A stretch of DNA of 58,493 nt, filler included, from Sphacelaria rigidula (taxonomy: Eukaryota): assembly GCA_964200075.2 (NCBI GenBank). It is 7 parts of 7 records of this genome, joined end to end, with 100 filler letters (N's around TTAATTAATTAA, not from the genome) between each part and the next. Parts side by side here need not be neighbours in the genome. Positions count along the whole stretch, not along the records: positions 16,744 to 25,014 come from CAXNAA020011710.1; positions 25,115 to 33,384 come from CAXNAA020011711.1; positions 33,485 to 41,754 come from CAXNAA020011712.1; 4 more parts are not named here. The stretch is one strand, 5' to 3'. Positions within the stretch are counted from its first letter, which is position 1. Every line of letters begins with the position of its first letter. This document shows positions 24,735 through 36,601 of the stretch, piece after piece. Under the pieces are notes generated by a model that saw only the letters and a program-made list of their open reading frames with translations, had not been told where the DNA came from and did not search any database. Made by a program: the position numbers and the translations under genes.

Positions 24735-25690
24735 ATCGTGTCTTATGTCGCTGCGGTTCTTCAGATCGATTGACTGTTTTTTGCGCATTAACCGATCCGC
24801 TACGATTTCGGCCATCGTCACAAGACAGGTGTACCGAGGGTAAATATACGACACACACACGCGCAAAGGGATTCTCGATAAATGGAGGAAACGAAAAAGA
24901 AAAAAAGATGTGACAAAATAGAGGAAACTGCGCGAACAGATGCGGATAAAATAGAAAGGAGTCATCCTACGATAGGGGGGGGGTATTTGGTTGCACGATA
25001 AAGGAGGCTCATAANNNNNNNNNNNNNNNNNNNNNNNNNNNNNNNNNNNNNNNNNNNNTTAATTAATTAANNNNNNNNNNNNNNNNNNNNNNNNNNNNNN
25101 NNNNNNNNNNNNNNAGTGACCTCGCATCCCTACAAAGCCGGGACGGAGCACGCCGGGTTTTCGCCGGACCAGGCTCGCGCTCGCGGCGGGATGAGGGGGG
25201 GAGGCGTTTACGTTTGGGCGTGCGTGAGGCAAGTGTTGCTATTCTATAACGCAAGACTTGTACTCCCTTGCATCATGTACAAAACTGCTATTTAGCTACG
25301 AAGTCACCTGCTGAGCCTGTGCGCTCTTGACGTGAGGGAGACGGACGCGGCGGTTACAATTCAAGTGTCTTATACCGGAAGCTGTGCTCACTTCGAACGG
25401 TACTGCCTGGTAGCTACGTTCTCGACCTGCTGTATGATTGTCCACCACGTGACTCATGCAACATTGATCGCAGCACCATCGTTGTAGACAAATTTGTCTT
25501 TCACACGACGCCATGGAGAGATAGTCCAGAACTTCAGTTCACCACGTTCCGACATCTTCATACACGCTATTTTCTCACACAAACTCTGCCATGACTTCAC
25601 CAAACCCTCTCCAACGGAGCTGTGGTTTGAACCCTGTTTCGTTTTGCTACTCTCGTACCTGACCCTAACCCATTCCTATAAGGGGGATAT

Positions 25691-27819
25691 TTAGCAGCCC
25701 AGCGCCTTGGGTACGACATGTCGGTCTCGCGCAACTTGAGCCACCTGCGAGCGCAATTTCTCGAAATTTTGACGCCATTTTCTGTCGAGGCGCGAAACAA
25801 AGGGACGAGCAACGGGGGAAACGAAGAACAAGAACAAAACAAACAATGTGACCGCAACGCCGACGCGACCATACTCGGTTATGCTACCTTAGATTTTGTA
25901 CTAATCCACCGAGTGTCATGAACTGACGAGCCCGGGCGGTTCGCGAAGGTTGGGGTTATGTTGTATCCTTGCACTTGGCGCCTTAAATTTTCTTGTCACG
26001 TGGTGCGTGCAGCACCACGCCGTACTCCCTCATGCGGAGGGTGCAGCGGTCTCGCGCACTCGTCAACTTGGTACTATGCTTCATGGGTTTCGACGGTAGT
26101 GAGAGGAAGAGAATAAATTGTGCGTTTTTGGCCACCGGCTCTTCTCCCGACGAAACACGTCTCCTGCCAGCAGTCTGCGTACTCCGCAAGTGTTGAACAT
26201 ATTCTCTGGAAGTTATGATATTGTCGCACAGTACTGTACCAGCCACAACCAACACAAAACAAACGCGGTTCATCCCTCAGACAAGAATATCTCAGAAGCA
26301 CGACAGGGTGTATTCACTGATATTTGTCAGATCTAGAAACCTCTAAACACCAACAACGGACAGAAACGACCCGGCACACCTCTCTCCCGATCCAATTGGC
26401 TTGGGACAGGTCTTGAAAAAGCTGTCGAGCTCCTGCAGGTGTTCCGGTGTCCTCGGTCCCATTACGGCGCTACCCACAAGCATCGGCCAGATGAAGCCTG
26501 CGCACGCAACCAACACGTTACAGTACGTCCTTGCTTGTTTGACACTGACGAAATCGAACCATGTATCGCAGCTCTCTCGGCGACCGGCCGACCACCGACG
26601 GCAGTTCATAGGGCAACGTTTTGCCAGCACTAAACCCATGTTTGTTCCGATGTAAAGCATGTCCTCTTCCCCTCGAAGATAGAGGATGCCCCCCCCCCGT
26701 TCCCCCCCGTTCCCTCCCGTTCAAAGCAGCCAAACAGTACGTTCAACAGCCAGTAGAAGATCGTGGTGAAGCCGATTAGGCGTGGCCTACATGCACCTGA
26801 GAAATGAGAAAAAATGCACCTGTGCCAACAAAATCAAGCTCAGCGCACATCTGAGCGCATAGCATACGCGGAAGGGCTAAATCGAGAAGATGCCTAAAAC
26901 CGACGATGCTGCAGGTGCTGCTGCGGCTGGTACTAGTTCTTTGTGGTGCATTCAGAGCCATCATGACTGCAATGCACGGTTGATAGTTCCCCACGCTAAC
27001 AAGAGGCCTCGCAATGCATGACGTACGAAAAACAGAGGTGGCTGGCATAAGCAGGAGGTCTCTCATATCGAGCTCATTTGCTTGACCCTGTCATGAGTTA
27101 GCCATATATCCCCACTTACTGGGTTGATATATATGAACACTTTGAGTACAGAGAGCGGATACAGTACGGGTCCCGTAACACTGCCACGGCCATGACCCTC
27201 CAGTTGGACACTAAACTGACGGACTTTGGAGACGGTTTGGGGATAGTTCAAGGGCAGATCGGGTAGGATATGTACTTTTGGATACTCGGAAAAAATACCA
27301 GAGTATTTACTCTACCCAGCGTTTGGGTAGATTGGGTACGGCCTCAAATACTCTACTCAAATTGGGTAGATCGGGTACGACCTCAAATACTCCACCCAAA
27401 TTTTCAATAGATTGGGTAGATTGGGTACAACCTAAAATCCTGCATCTAAATATTGGGTAAGCACTCTCAGCAATATCTGGCTACAGAGTGCCACTGGGGT
27501 ATGACATCAATACTCCACCCAAATTTTGGGTATTTCGGGTACGATCTCGAATACCCTCCCCAAATTTTAGGTAGTTTGCGTACGATTTCGATATTCTCCC
27601 CAAATCTTGGGTAAGGTCGTGTCTAAGTACATCAACTTATTCGATCGTTCGCCAAGTGCGGTGAAATTGAATTGAGCGCATTCGTTTATTTCTCGCGAGT
27701 TGGGTCCAGACGAATTAGCAAGCTTTCGATAATAAAAGACAGTGAAATTCCTGAAGCGGCACTCGTTCGCTTGTCTACAGTACAGTACTGTACTACCTGC
27801 GCTGTATGCGTACAGTGTG

Positions 27820-27888
<69 letters not shown>

Positions 27889-30612
27889 CGTACAGTAGAG
27901 TGTGCAAGAGAAGGGAGGCAACGTGCAGTGCAGACGGCGCAGGACCATCTGGACTGTCTACTTGCAGTGCGACGTGAAAAGGACTTACACAACTTACAGG
28001 TTTGTACAACCTGCATTGTCCACGAGTGCACGCAAGTCGGTCGTCCACCCTACCACGCAGTTCCGTCGTCGACCCGTATCATGAACAAGATGCTCAAGTT
28101 TTCGCGAACAAAAATGAACACACCATACCTAACTATTGCAGTGCATCTATTCCTGTGCCCAACTCGTGCTCTATGCTGCAGGGTTGCGGTGGTAGCTGAG
28201 GATATCCTGTGTGGGGTTTGCGTGGTTCTGTGAACTGGTGGTATATGGCGTGGTGGTCTGCAAGATAGGAGTCAAGTGCCCCTTCATACCTTTCCTCCGC
28301 ACGTTTTCGATCGAAAAAGTCAAGGACAGGTTGGGTAGGGCACATACTTTCGAATACTCGGGTACAATATACGAGTATTTACTTCACCTAAGGTTTGGGT
28401 AGATTGGGTACGGCCTCAAATACTCTACCGAAATATTGGGTAAGTACCCTCAGCAATACCGGAGTATAGAGTATCACTCGGGTATGGCCTCAACACTCTA
28501 CCCAAAATTTGGGTAGATTGAGTACGACCTCAAATCCTCTACCCAAATACTGGGTCAGCACTCCCATAAATACCTGTGTATACGGTATCACTTGCGCATG
28601 ACCTCAATACCCTACCCAAAATTCGGTATGTTGGGTATTATCTAGAATACTCTACCCAAATACTGGGTAGTTCGGGTACGATTTCAATAATCTACCCAAA
28701 TGTCTGTGTACTATTGCAAGGGTCGGACAAATAATGATTCGTCCGGAAATTACTTGGTTTTAGTATGATTGATTCGACTCGTACGAATCAATCCCTAGGC
28801 TTCGTTTTCAACGTTGCAGCCCAGGTACACGCAGCCCAGACACGTGGAATGGCGCAAAAGTTGTGTGGATACCCCTTGGACCAGCGGCCAACTTTTTTTT
28901 TCCTTTTTGGTAATCAGGCCGAATAAGTCGTGGATTTGGTGATCCTCAGTCGTGATGATCCGTCCTAACCGTCAAGTATTGGGAATACCCTACCCGACCC
29001 GCCCCTGGAATAGTTTTTTTCGCCGAAGGGGCATTCCCTACGCAGAGTAAGCCGTTGCCACACATGAGCCACAGGTCATAACCATTGGCGCAGCCAGCAG
29101 CACATGCCTCTCTCGGTCGTGCAGCAAGACAGTACCCATGATTGCGCCTGCAGTACATGTGGTCGTACATGGTACATAAATGTCGGCACACCCGGAGCAG
29201 AATGCTGCACGAACGGCGAAGCATAGGGAAACGTTGCTGCTCGCCTATCGCTCATAATGTTTAGTTGTTTGCATCACTCCCGCTAAACACCCATCCCTAT
29301 TTGGCGCCCATCTGAATGTTTACAAAAAACACCCTCCAAATCCTCGCGGGACTGTCAAAAAACGAAATCTCGGGACAAGAACCATGGCTGACGAGGGCTA
29401 GCACCCTTTTGTGACCGGGAAGTGGTTGGTATATCTTAACACTCAAGATTATTATTCGGCGGAAACAAACAAACTGATGAAAGCAATTTCACAAACTGAG
29501 GGGGGAAATACGCTAATCGACGCGCGGGCTACAGTGGGACCCGGTCATGTATTGCACTGGCTGAGGGGAAGTAGGGGGGTACTCATAGTCTTGCATGCCG
29601 TAGTCATGGCCATTCACCCAGCATCTCCACAAAGACGGGCCGGAGCACGCCGGATTGTATCCGGACCAGGCTCGCAATCAATCACCAAGCGCGAAGCACC
29701 GTGGTGTGTTCGGCGAGTCGCATGAAGTGTGAGCTACATCCTGCTAAGATTGTTCGGCCCGAGGCGTAGTGATTCTCTTGTATTTGGATGAAAGCCTCCA
29801 ATGACGTGCTCCATTTTCTGGTATCGCCACTTCCAGAGACAGCCCGGCTTACAGACTGCCTCATGGGTATCTCACCATCGAAATACTCACGTAGTATGAT
29901 CATTCCCTTTGCGCGGAACTGAGGTTCTCGCACCCCATATAATATGATATAGCTTGACCACCATAATGGTTACCGCAAAAAAAAGTGAAACGCAAGCGCG
30001 CAGAACAAACCGGTGATCTGGTTGCGTGGCTTACGCAATGAGTGACGTGCTTTACAGCGTCATTGCCAGCCGACGCCAGCCCGTCCCTACAAAGCCGGGA
30101 CGGAGCACGTCGGGTTTTCGCCGGACCAGGAGGGGGGGGGGGAGGTTGTCTCGTTGTATATTTTACAGTCGATGGTTGATCATAGTAGTTGTTCCAATTG
30201 GTCAACGATAAGCGCGTTAATAATGATCATCGTGAACCCAAAACACAACGTGGGCATGATCGTTTCTTGGTGCAGCTGGAAGAAGGTAATATATATATAT
30301 ATATATCTTCAAGTGCTATTCGGCTTGTGTTTGCATGCAGGTTTGACTCTATCTTATATACTTCTCGCGGAGAATGTGTTGTGCTGTGTAGTGTTGTATT
30401 CTTCGTCAATATGGCTGAACGAGTGACGACTGGGTATATATTGGAGCTTGCTTCTGTTTCAAGACATTCATGCACGGTCTGGCTTCACCTGTGTCAGCAA
30501 AGCGTTCGTGTAGCTCCTCGTAGCGGTCACGGAACGTGGTCCACACTAGAGATGCTCCGGCCGCCGATACGGCAAGGGCTGCGAGGCCAAGCCCGGCGTC
30601 CTGAAGACGCAC
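25691..30612 (-). CDS. M1-family (puromycin-sensitive-like) aminopeptidase, last three exons (ERAP1-like C-terminal domain)
   Basis: Exons 30612-30489 (ends phase 1), 26497-26380 (ends phase 2), 25781-25691 (TAA) splice to VRLQDAGLGLAALAVSAAGASLVWTTFRDRYEELHERFADTGFIWPMLVGSAVMGPRTPEHLQELDSFFKTCPKPIGSGERKWRQNFEKLRSQVAQVARDRHVVPKALGC*, fitting the VRxQD...W.F....W..L..R / E...FF....ER...Q..E......RD pattern. Catalytic exons were not found on the contig. Confidence 0.8.
27823..27886 (+). repeat. (TG)n microsatellite
   Basis: Directly visible; shorter TG/CA tracts at 5742-5772, ~54350-54371 and ~57248-57275. Confidence 0.95.
28717..28973 (-). mobile_element. CAAGGGTCGGAC-family MITE nested in the hAT element
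   Basis: Reverse-orientation homologue of 30951-31209; flanks tactattg/aagtattg. Confidence 0.75.
29575..30130 (+). repeat. Near-complete copy of dispersed repeat family A
   Basis: Begins ggggggtactcat..., collinear with 30838-31655. Confidence 0.8.
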
Positions 30613-30837
30613 CTGTGGTTTTTGAACCGTTTCGTTTTTCGTTTCAGGCAGTAGGAGCGCGGGAGAAACAAATCGGTGCACGATGAACGTTGTTGGAAAG
30701 AAGCGTCGCCAGTGGACAGGAAACTACAGCTCGTTCCAGTCAAAGAGGTTCTCCTCGTTCACAAGTCGACGGAACTTCTCTCCCGCGTGCTCAACCTCCA
30801 TGGGAAAAGAGCGACAAAAAAAGGAGGGGGTAGGGGG

Positions 30838-31655
30838 CGGGGGTGTATTCATGATCTTGCATGCCATAGTCGTATGATCACTGACCTCGCATCCCTACAA
30901 AGCCGGGACGGCGCACGCCGGGTTTTCACCGGACCAGGCTCGCAATAAATCACGGTTCGGACGAATCATCGCCAGTTCGAATCACCAAATCCACGATTTC
31001 TCTGGCCTAATTGATCGAAAGAGAGAAAAAAAGTCCACCAATGGTCAAAAAGGTTCCCACGCAACTTTTGCGCCATTCCACGTGCCTGGGCTGCGCGTAC
31101 CTAGCTTGCGACGCTGAAAACAAAGCGAAAGGATTGATTCGTACCGTACGAATCAATCACACTAAAATCAAGAAATTTCCACACGAATCATGAATTTGTC
31201 CGACCCTTGCAATCAATCAACAAGAGCGGAGCGCCGTGATGTGTTCGGCGAGTCGCATGCAGGGTGAGCTACATCCTGCTTGAGAGTGTGCGACCCGAAG
31301 CGTACTGGTTGTTTTGCATATGGATAACAGCCTCCGATGAGTTGCTTCATTTTCTGGTATCGCCACTTCCAGAGACAGCCACGGCTTACACTCTGCTTAA
31401 CGAGTGTCTCACCATTGAAGCACTCACTTAGTATGACCATCCCCTTTGCGCAGACCAGAGACTCTCCCACCCCGTACAATATGATCTAGCTCGGCAGCCA
31501 TCATCGTTACCGCAAAAAAACGCACGGGCACGAAAAAAATCGGCAACCTGGTTGCCTAGCTTACGCACAGTGAGCGGCGTGTTTTACAGCGTCATTGCCA
31601 CCGACGCCAACCCCATAGAGCGTACAAAAAAGGTGGGAAGGGGGGGGGGGGGGGG
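30838..31655 (+). repeat. Repeat family A copy interrupted by a MITE
   Basis: G-tracts at both ends; split at caat(c/a)aat by 30951-31209. Confidence 0.8.
30951..31209 (+). mobile_element. hAT-type MITE (259 bp)
   Basis: cacggttcggacgaat ... atttgtccgacccttg; 8-bp TSD caataaat/caatcaat; further copy at 49606-49875. Confidence 0.8.
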
Positions 31656-33484
31656 ACATGAAAAGAAGGGATAATGTGATCGAAATTAATTCCGTCTGAC
31701 TGCGGCGCAGATTTGATTGAACAAAAAAGGGAGAAACAATTTTTTCAAGAAAATGAAGAATTCACGCGCACCAAATTGATTCATCCACACTTATCACGCG
31801 TTTCAAAATTAGAAGCGACACAGCTGAATAAGAAGCACTCACGCCCCTTACTTCAGATAAACAATCTTAGAAGGAAAAAATGCACAATAATGATGACAAT
31901 CGTTGCGCACGAATAGCAGGACATGCGATCTGCAATGCTTTTCAGGCGATCTATTTTGTGTTCAGTGCACACTGAAAAACGATATACTTGATCCATGAGG
32001 ATGATCGTCTGCTGTGTCGTCTGCGTGTTCTCTGATATCAACGTCCCTGTCTGCAAACCTGCCCAAGTCGCGAGCGTCTCCCCACACCTTGCCGTGTTCC
32101 GTCTCGGAAGCGTGCGTGGCCGATGGTCAAACGACTAAGGCGAGCAACAAATGAATACCCCCCCCCCCCCTACCCCTGGTCCGGCGAAAACCCGGCGTGC
32201 TCCGTCCCGGCTTCGTAGGGATGCAGGTTCCATTTTCTTAAAAATAAGACTTGATTACCCCCCCACACACCTATCATCATCCGCTTCGCCTTGTTGCCCA
32301 ACACAGCTGAGGCATGCAAAACATATTACTGCTGTACATGCCAGACGTCGTGTCCGCATCTGCTTGATGTATGCAACTGTCAGGTTTCTGACATGTGGAT
32401 GACGATACTGATCTGATGTATACACTGCTCTAATCCTATCGTTGTTGGTGTGTTCTTCTGACAGTATATTTGATCTGTAAAGAATGACCTGCCGTTGTCC
32501 ATGTATGGTCTGCGGATGATGAGTTTTTTTTTCTGAAGGGTGGAATATATATATATATATTCATCATTCCATATCTCGTGTTCGATTATCTTTGTGTTTT
32601 TGTGCAGTCATATGATACATGCGTCCATTGATGATACTTTTGAGTGAAACGTGAATAGATGCCTGCTTCGTGTACTTTCCCCCCTCCGATCGTGCTCCGT
32701 CTCGAAAGGGATGCGTGGTCAATGGTCAAACGACCAAGGCAAGCAACAAATGAGCACGCTCCCCCCTACCCCCCGTCCCCCTTCGATCCGTTGCTCTGTC
32801 TCGAAAGGGATCACGGGTAGGACAAATCTCGACTTATACGATTTGACTTCTCGTAAAATGACAGGATTCAACCTATGTGAACTGTTGGTTCCGCATGCAC
32901 CCGACGGTGGATAACATATGCAGTGCAGTCATCTCAACCGCATACAGGTGGGGAGAAAAGCACGACTGATGCAAGGCCAATGTCATGAGAGGATTCAGCA
33001 ATGTGCCGACTCTTCGTCCCGCACGGAGGCATACGCATGATATAGATATAGATGCCATTCACGCCTCATGGTGAGTGTGGATGGCATGTACAATCGATCC
33101 ATTCCGCATTTTTTTACAGGGACAGGGAATGAATATGTGATCTACCCCCTATGACCTGAAGATAGGAAACAGGAATCGTTGACGGTGTACTACACGACTC
33201 AAGAGCTCAAAACCTGTGCAAATTACAAATGATGTACGAATCGTATGAATTTTTAGTTGAAATGATGAACATGAGTTCAATCACGATTTTATTTGTCCTA
33301 CCCGTGAAAGGGATGCGTGGTCAATGGTCAAACGACTAAGGCAAGCAACAAATGAGTATGCTTCCCCCCCCCCCCCGTTTATCCNNNNNNNNNNNNNNNN
33401 NNNNNNNNNNNNNNNNNNNNNNNNNNNNTTAATTAATTAANNNNNNNNNNNNNNNNNNNNNNNNNNNNNNNNNNNNNNNNNNNN

Positions 33485-36467
33485 GTGGGGAAAGCACTCT
33501 TTTAGGCTTGAACCTCATCTCGGAGTTAAACCTCAATTCGCACAATTTGTTGTTGTATGTCGTTGAAAACAGGGCAGTGTTACCGTCACCGCCACTAATG
33601 TTCTCTGTCACACACATGCCAGCAAGGACGGTGCGCTACGGCAAAAATAACAGATGCTCCAATTTGATCGTGGGGAGTGTTATTCATCGTTGATTTTACC
33701 CGACGTGACAAATTGTAATAGTATAACAGGTAGCAAAGCAAGCCGCACCCCAAGGGAGGGATGTGACAAGCCAGTCCTGTGATCGACTTGTGATATCAAA
33801 GCTGAAGGTTCTCTGCTCAACACAACAATCCAGCTGTTCGGGGCTGTTACACCAGACGCTACGCTCGTGCGTACAATTGAAAGACAAAATGTAAGCGAGG
33901 GTTTATGGTACATGTAATTTACGTGAGTCACGGACTTGAAGACCAGTATCGTTGGAGAGATCAGCAGGTAGGCGGTTTTGGAGACTCTCCTTATATATCC
34001 AAAAGAACGTGGTGAAGACAGCGCTCTCCACCATCGCCTCTGAGTTCGAACGCCGCAAGATCGGCGTCCCGAATTCAGACGTGGAGTACTTGGCCTTGTT
34101 TTTCGATCCTCGAACCAAAATGTTTGGGGAGAACATGTGCGGGGGATCTGGGTGCCGCAAGAAGGCCGAGGAGGCACTGGGCAGATTGAAGGATAAGTTG
34201 GAAGACACGGTCATGGCAGCTGAGCCCGCTGCCCCCAAAACATCCGACACCGACCCTCCACCGGCGAAACGGCGCGCGGTCGCCACCAGCGCCTATGAGA
34301 GGCGTCGGCGTCGACTCGAGGAAGAGGCCGCATCCGCTATCAAGATGGCGAGCGACACCAATCGGCCGTCTTTACAGCATCGTCTAAGCAAGGAGGTGGA
34401 TGAGTACCAGCAGCTACCCGCGGTTGCAAGCAGCAAGGACTTCGACGTCTTGGGCTACTGGAATGATGCTGGAAGCGCCCGGCTCGATCCCCACGGCAAC
34501 GTCATTGTAGCTGCGCAATTTCCCATCTTGTCCATGCTTGCCCGCGTGTACCTTTGCATCGACAGTACCAGCTGTCAGTCGGAGAGGGAGTTTTCGGGTC
34601 TGGCGTTCGTGCACTCAAACCTTCGTCGCCGGACGACACCCGAACGCGTCGAAAAAATGATGTTCCTACGAACCAACCCGGATCTCATTCCGGAGATGAA
34701 GAAACTTGAGGATTCTCTCGAAAGTATCACCCAGAAGCAGAAGGAGGGGAAGGTAAAAGCGGTTGCGGCCCAGGATTCGGGGGCTGGAAAGGAAGTGGTG
34801 ATCGAGCTCGCTGACTAACGACCGCGAAGAGTGTTGTGGGTTGTGATAAGACAAGGACAAGGAGGACGCGGCGGAACAAGAGCCGAGGATGAAAGAGAGT
34901 GATTTCGTGTTTGCGTTACAAACCCCCCCGTCATGCGTAAAAAAAAATGAGTACACTACCATGGTACCACGTAGTATATAACATGAACAGGTGGTTGTTT
35001 TTCGCTGTTTAGTTGTTTTCACCAGGAATGTTTCAAGATATCTCACTACAGTAGTTTTCATATGATGGAGGACATTTTTGTCTTTGTTTCGTACTCGGCA
35101 TTTTTCAGTGTCAAGGCAATTTTTGTTGAGTACTATTCTGAACTTTCGCATGTGGTATCCGTCGTTGGCGCTCAAAAGTCCTGGCGTCGATAGATTTTGG
35201 GAAGAGAAGCAGGTCGTGTGGACAACACAACCCTCAGCTGGTGTTGTCGGGGTGACACGGAGTAAGTACCTTGTTCATCAGGGGGTGTTATTGACCGTCA
35301 CTGGTCCCAAAAATAATTTTTTCAGCTGCAGCCCGACGGTACATGGTCTGTATTTCGTTGGGGTGAGGGTCAGGTTCTGCTTTTCGTTAGAATTCTCGTC
35401 AGAAAAAGGTGAGAATTACAAAAAGAAAAAGCCCACTCTCATTTGTTTACGAGAACGATTGGGATTGCTTCAATCGAGCAAAAATACTCAAGGGGCAAAA
35501 CGTGGAGCTGGGCAGTCTCAGGATCCCCGAAAACCGGTCAGCCCGTAGGTCGTTCAATGACGAACGCAGATGTGATCTCATTTTGGGATGTGGAGGGGAT
35601 GCCTTGGAGATCCCCAAACTTCGGGATGCAAATGTCTACTGGGATAAGCGGTGGAACGCGAAAACACTTCGAATATCCCCGACTACGAAAACACCACGTA
35701 GATATCTCCCTTTTCAGTTGGAAACTACTATGCTGCTATAGACGTCATTCTTGAGGAATGTATTCCATGCGCTTCGTTGTGGTGGATAGCCGTAGTTATG
35801 GGTCTAGCGCTGCTGCTGTTGCGCGTCTGCTACCCCGTCACCCGTCATCCTGTCCTGTAGGGTGGCATTCAAAATTCAAATATGCACTGTTCATTATTCT
35901 CGACTGATTTTTGTTTCCCTCCAGGGATTCGACCTTACGTGTGCGCTATTTAATCCGCCGTACCCCCTATCCAGCAGCTGGAAGTCAAAGCAAAACAACT
36001 ACTTTCGTACTTTTTGGTATTAATCCGCGGATATCCATACATTTTTCGCGGATAACAGTATCGGTTTCACGGATTACTGCGACGGTGCACCGCGGGGAAT
36101 TGACGCGGTTTGTGCGGATTGTTCCACGGAGGGGGGCAATCCGCTCCGTGAAAAAATCCATGCCACGGATATCCGCTCCGAAATAATCCGTGACATTTTC
36201 ATTAGCGGATATCCGCCCCGTGAAAATCCGTGAGTTTTCCCACTGACGGATATCCGCTCCGCTCCGTACCATATGAAAAAAATCCGCACCGCAACGTGAC
36301 ATTTTTGTTGGCGGATATCCGCTCCGCAATAATCCGTGACATTTTCAGTGGCGGATATCCGCACCGTCATAATCCGTGAGTTTCCACACATACGGATATC
36401 CGCTCCGTGAGGTTTTGGAAAAAAAAAAACGCACCGCGGAGCGGATTGTCCTCCGTACACATCCCTG
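33485..36467 (+). mobile_element. hAT DNA transposon, right-hand part (left end off contig)
   Basis: Transposase ORF followed by a palindromic GCGGATATCCGC subterminal array (~36020-36410) and terminus ...ctccgtacacatccctg (CAGGG on the other strand). Confidence 0.7.
33952..34818 (+). CDS. hAT transposase, C-terminal part with dimerisation domain
   Basis: Uninterrupted 288-aa ORF (probable acceptor at 34005): LALFFDPR, EVDEY, DVLGYW, FPILSMLARVYLCIDSTSCQSEREFS, RRRTTPERVEKMMFLRTN, which is the hAT dimerisation signature including the catalytic E of SERxFS. Confidence 0.9.
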   Translation: MERSAGRRFWRLSLYIQKNVVKTALSTIASEFERRKIGVPNSDVEYLALFFDPRTKMFGENMCGGSGCRKKAEEALGRLKDKLEDTVMAAEPAAPKTSDTDPPPAKRRAVATSAYERRRRRLEEEAASAIKMASDTNRPSLQHRLSKEVDEYQQLPAVASSKDFDVLGYWNDAGSARLDPHGNVIVAAQFPILSMLARVYLCIDSTSCQSEREFSGLAFVHSNLRRRTTPERVEKMMFLRTNPDLIPEMKKLEDSLESITQKQKEGKVKAVAAQDSGAGKEVVIELAD

Positions 36468-36601
36468 CTAATAATCACTTAGCCCCCATGCAGTGGGCAA
36501 GACATATTTTGCCCTGTAATGCGATATATATACGCCTTGATACAGTACATACTACACTACAGTAGCGACAATACGAGCGTGCAACGTAGCGTGAAACCCA
36601 C

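Larger units (their letters stand above)
27249..29007. mobile_element. Non-autonomous hAT-type element (~1.76 kb) in the aminopeptidase intron
   Basis: TIRs caagggcagatcgggtagg / ccctacccgacccgcccctg; TSD ggatagtt (27241-27248) / gaatagtt (29008-29015); subterminal ttgggta/tacccaa arrays; second left-end copy at 28321; internal (TG)n. Confidence 0.8.

Noticed and set aside
27567-28233. HT/CV-repeat ORFs and other short ORFs in the track (e.g. 54080-56532)
   Set aside because: They arise from microsatellites, low-complexity intronic DNA or antisense frames of real exons.
28717-31209. Single Pack-MULE with long TIRs capturing an exon
   Set aside because: Each inverted copy is a complete MITE with its own 8-bp TSD, and the exon splices in phase to exons outside the pair.
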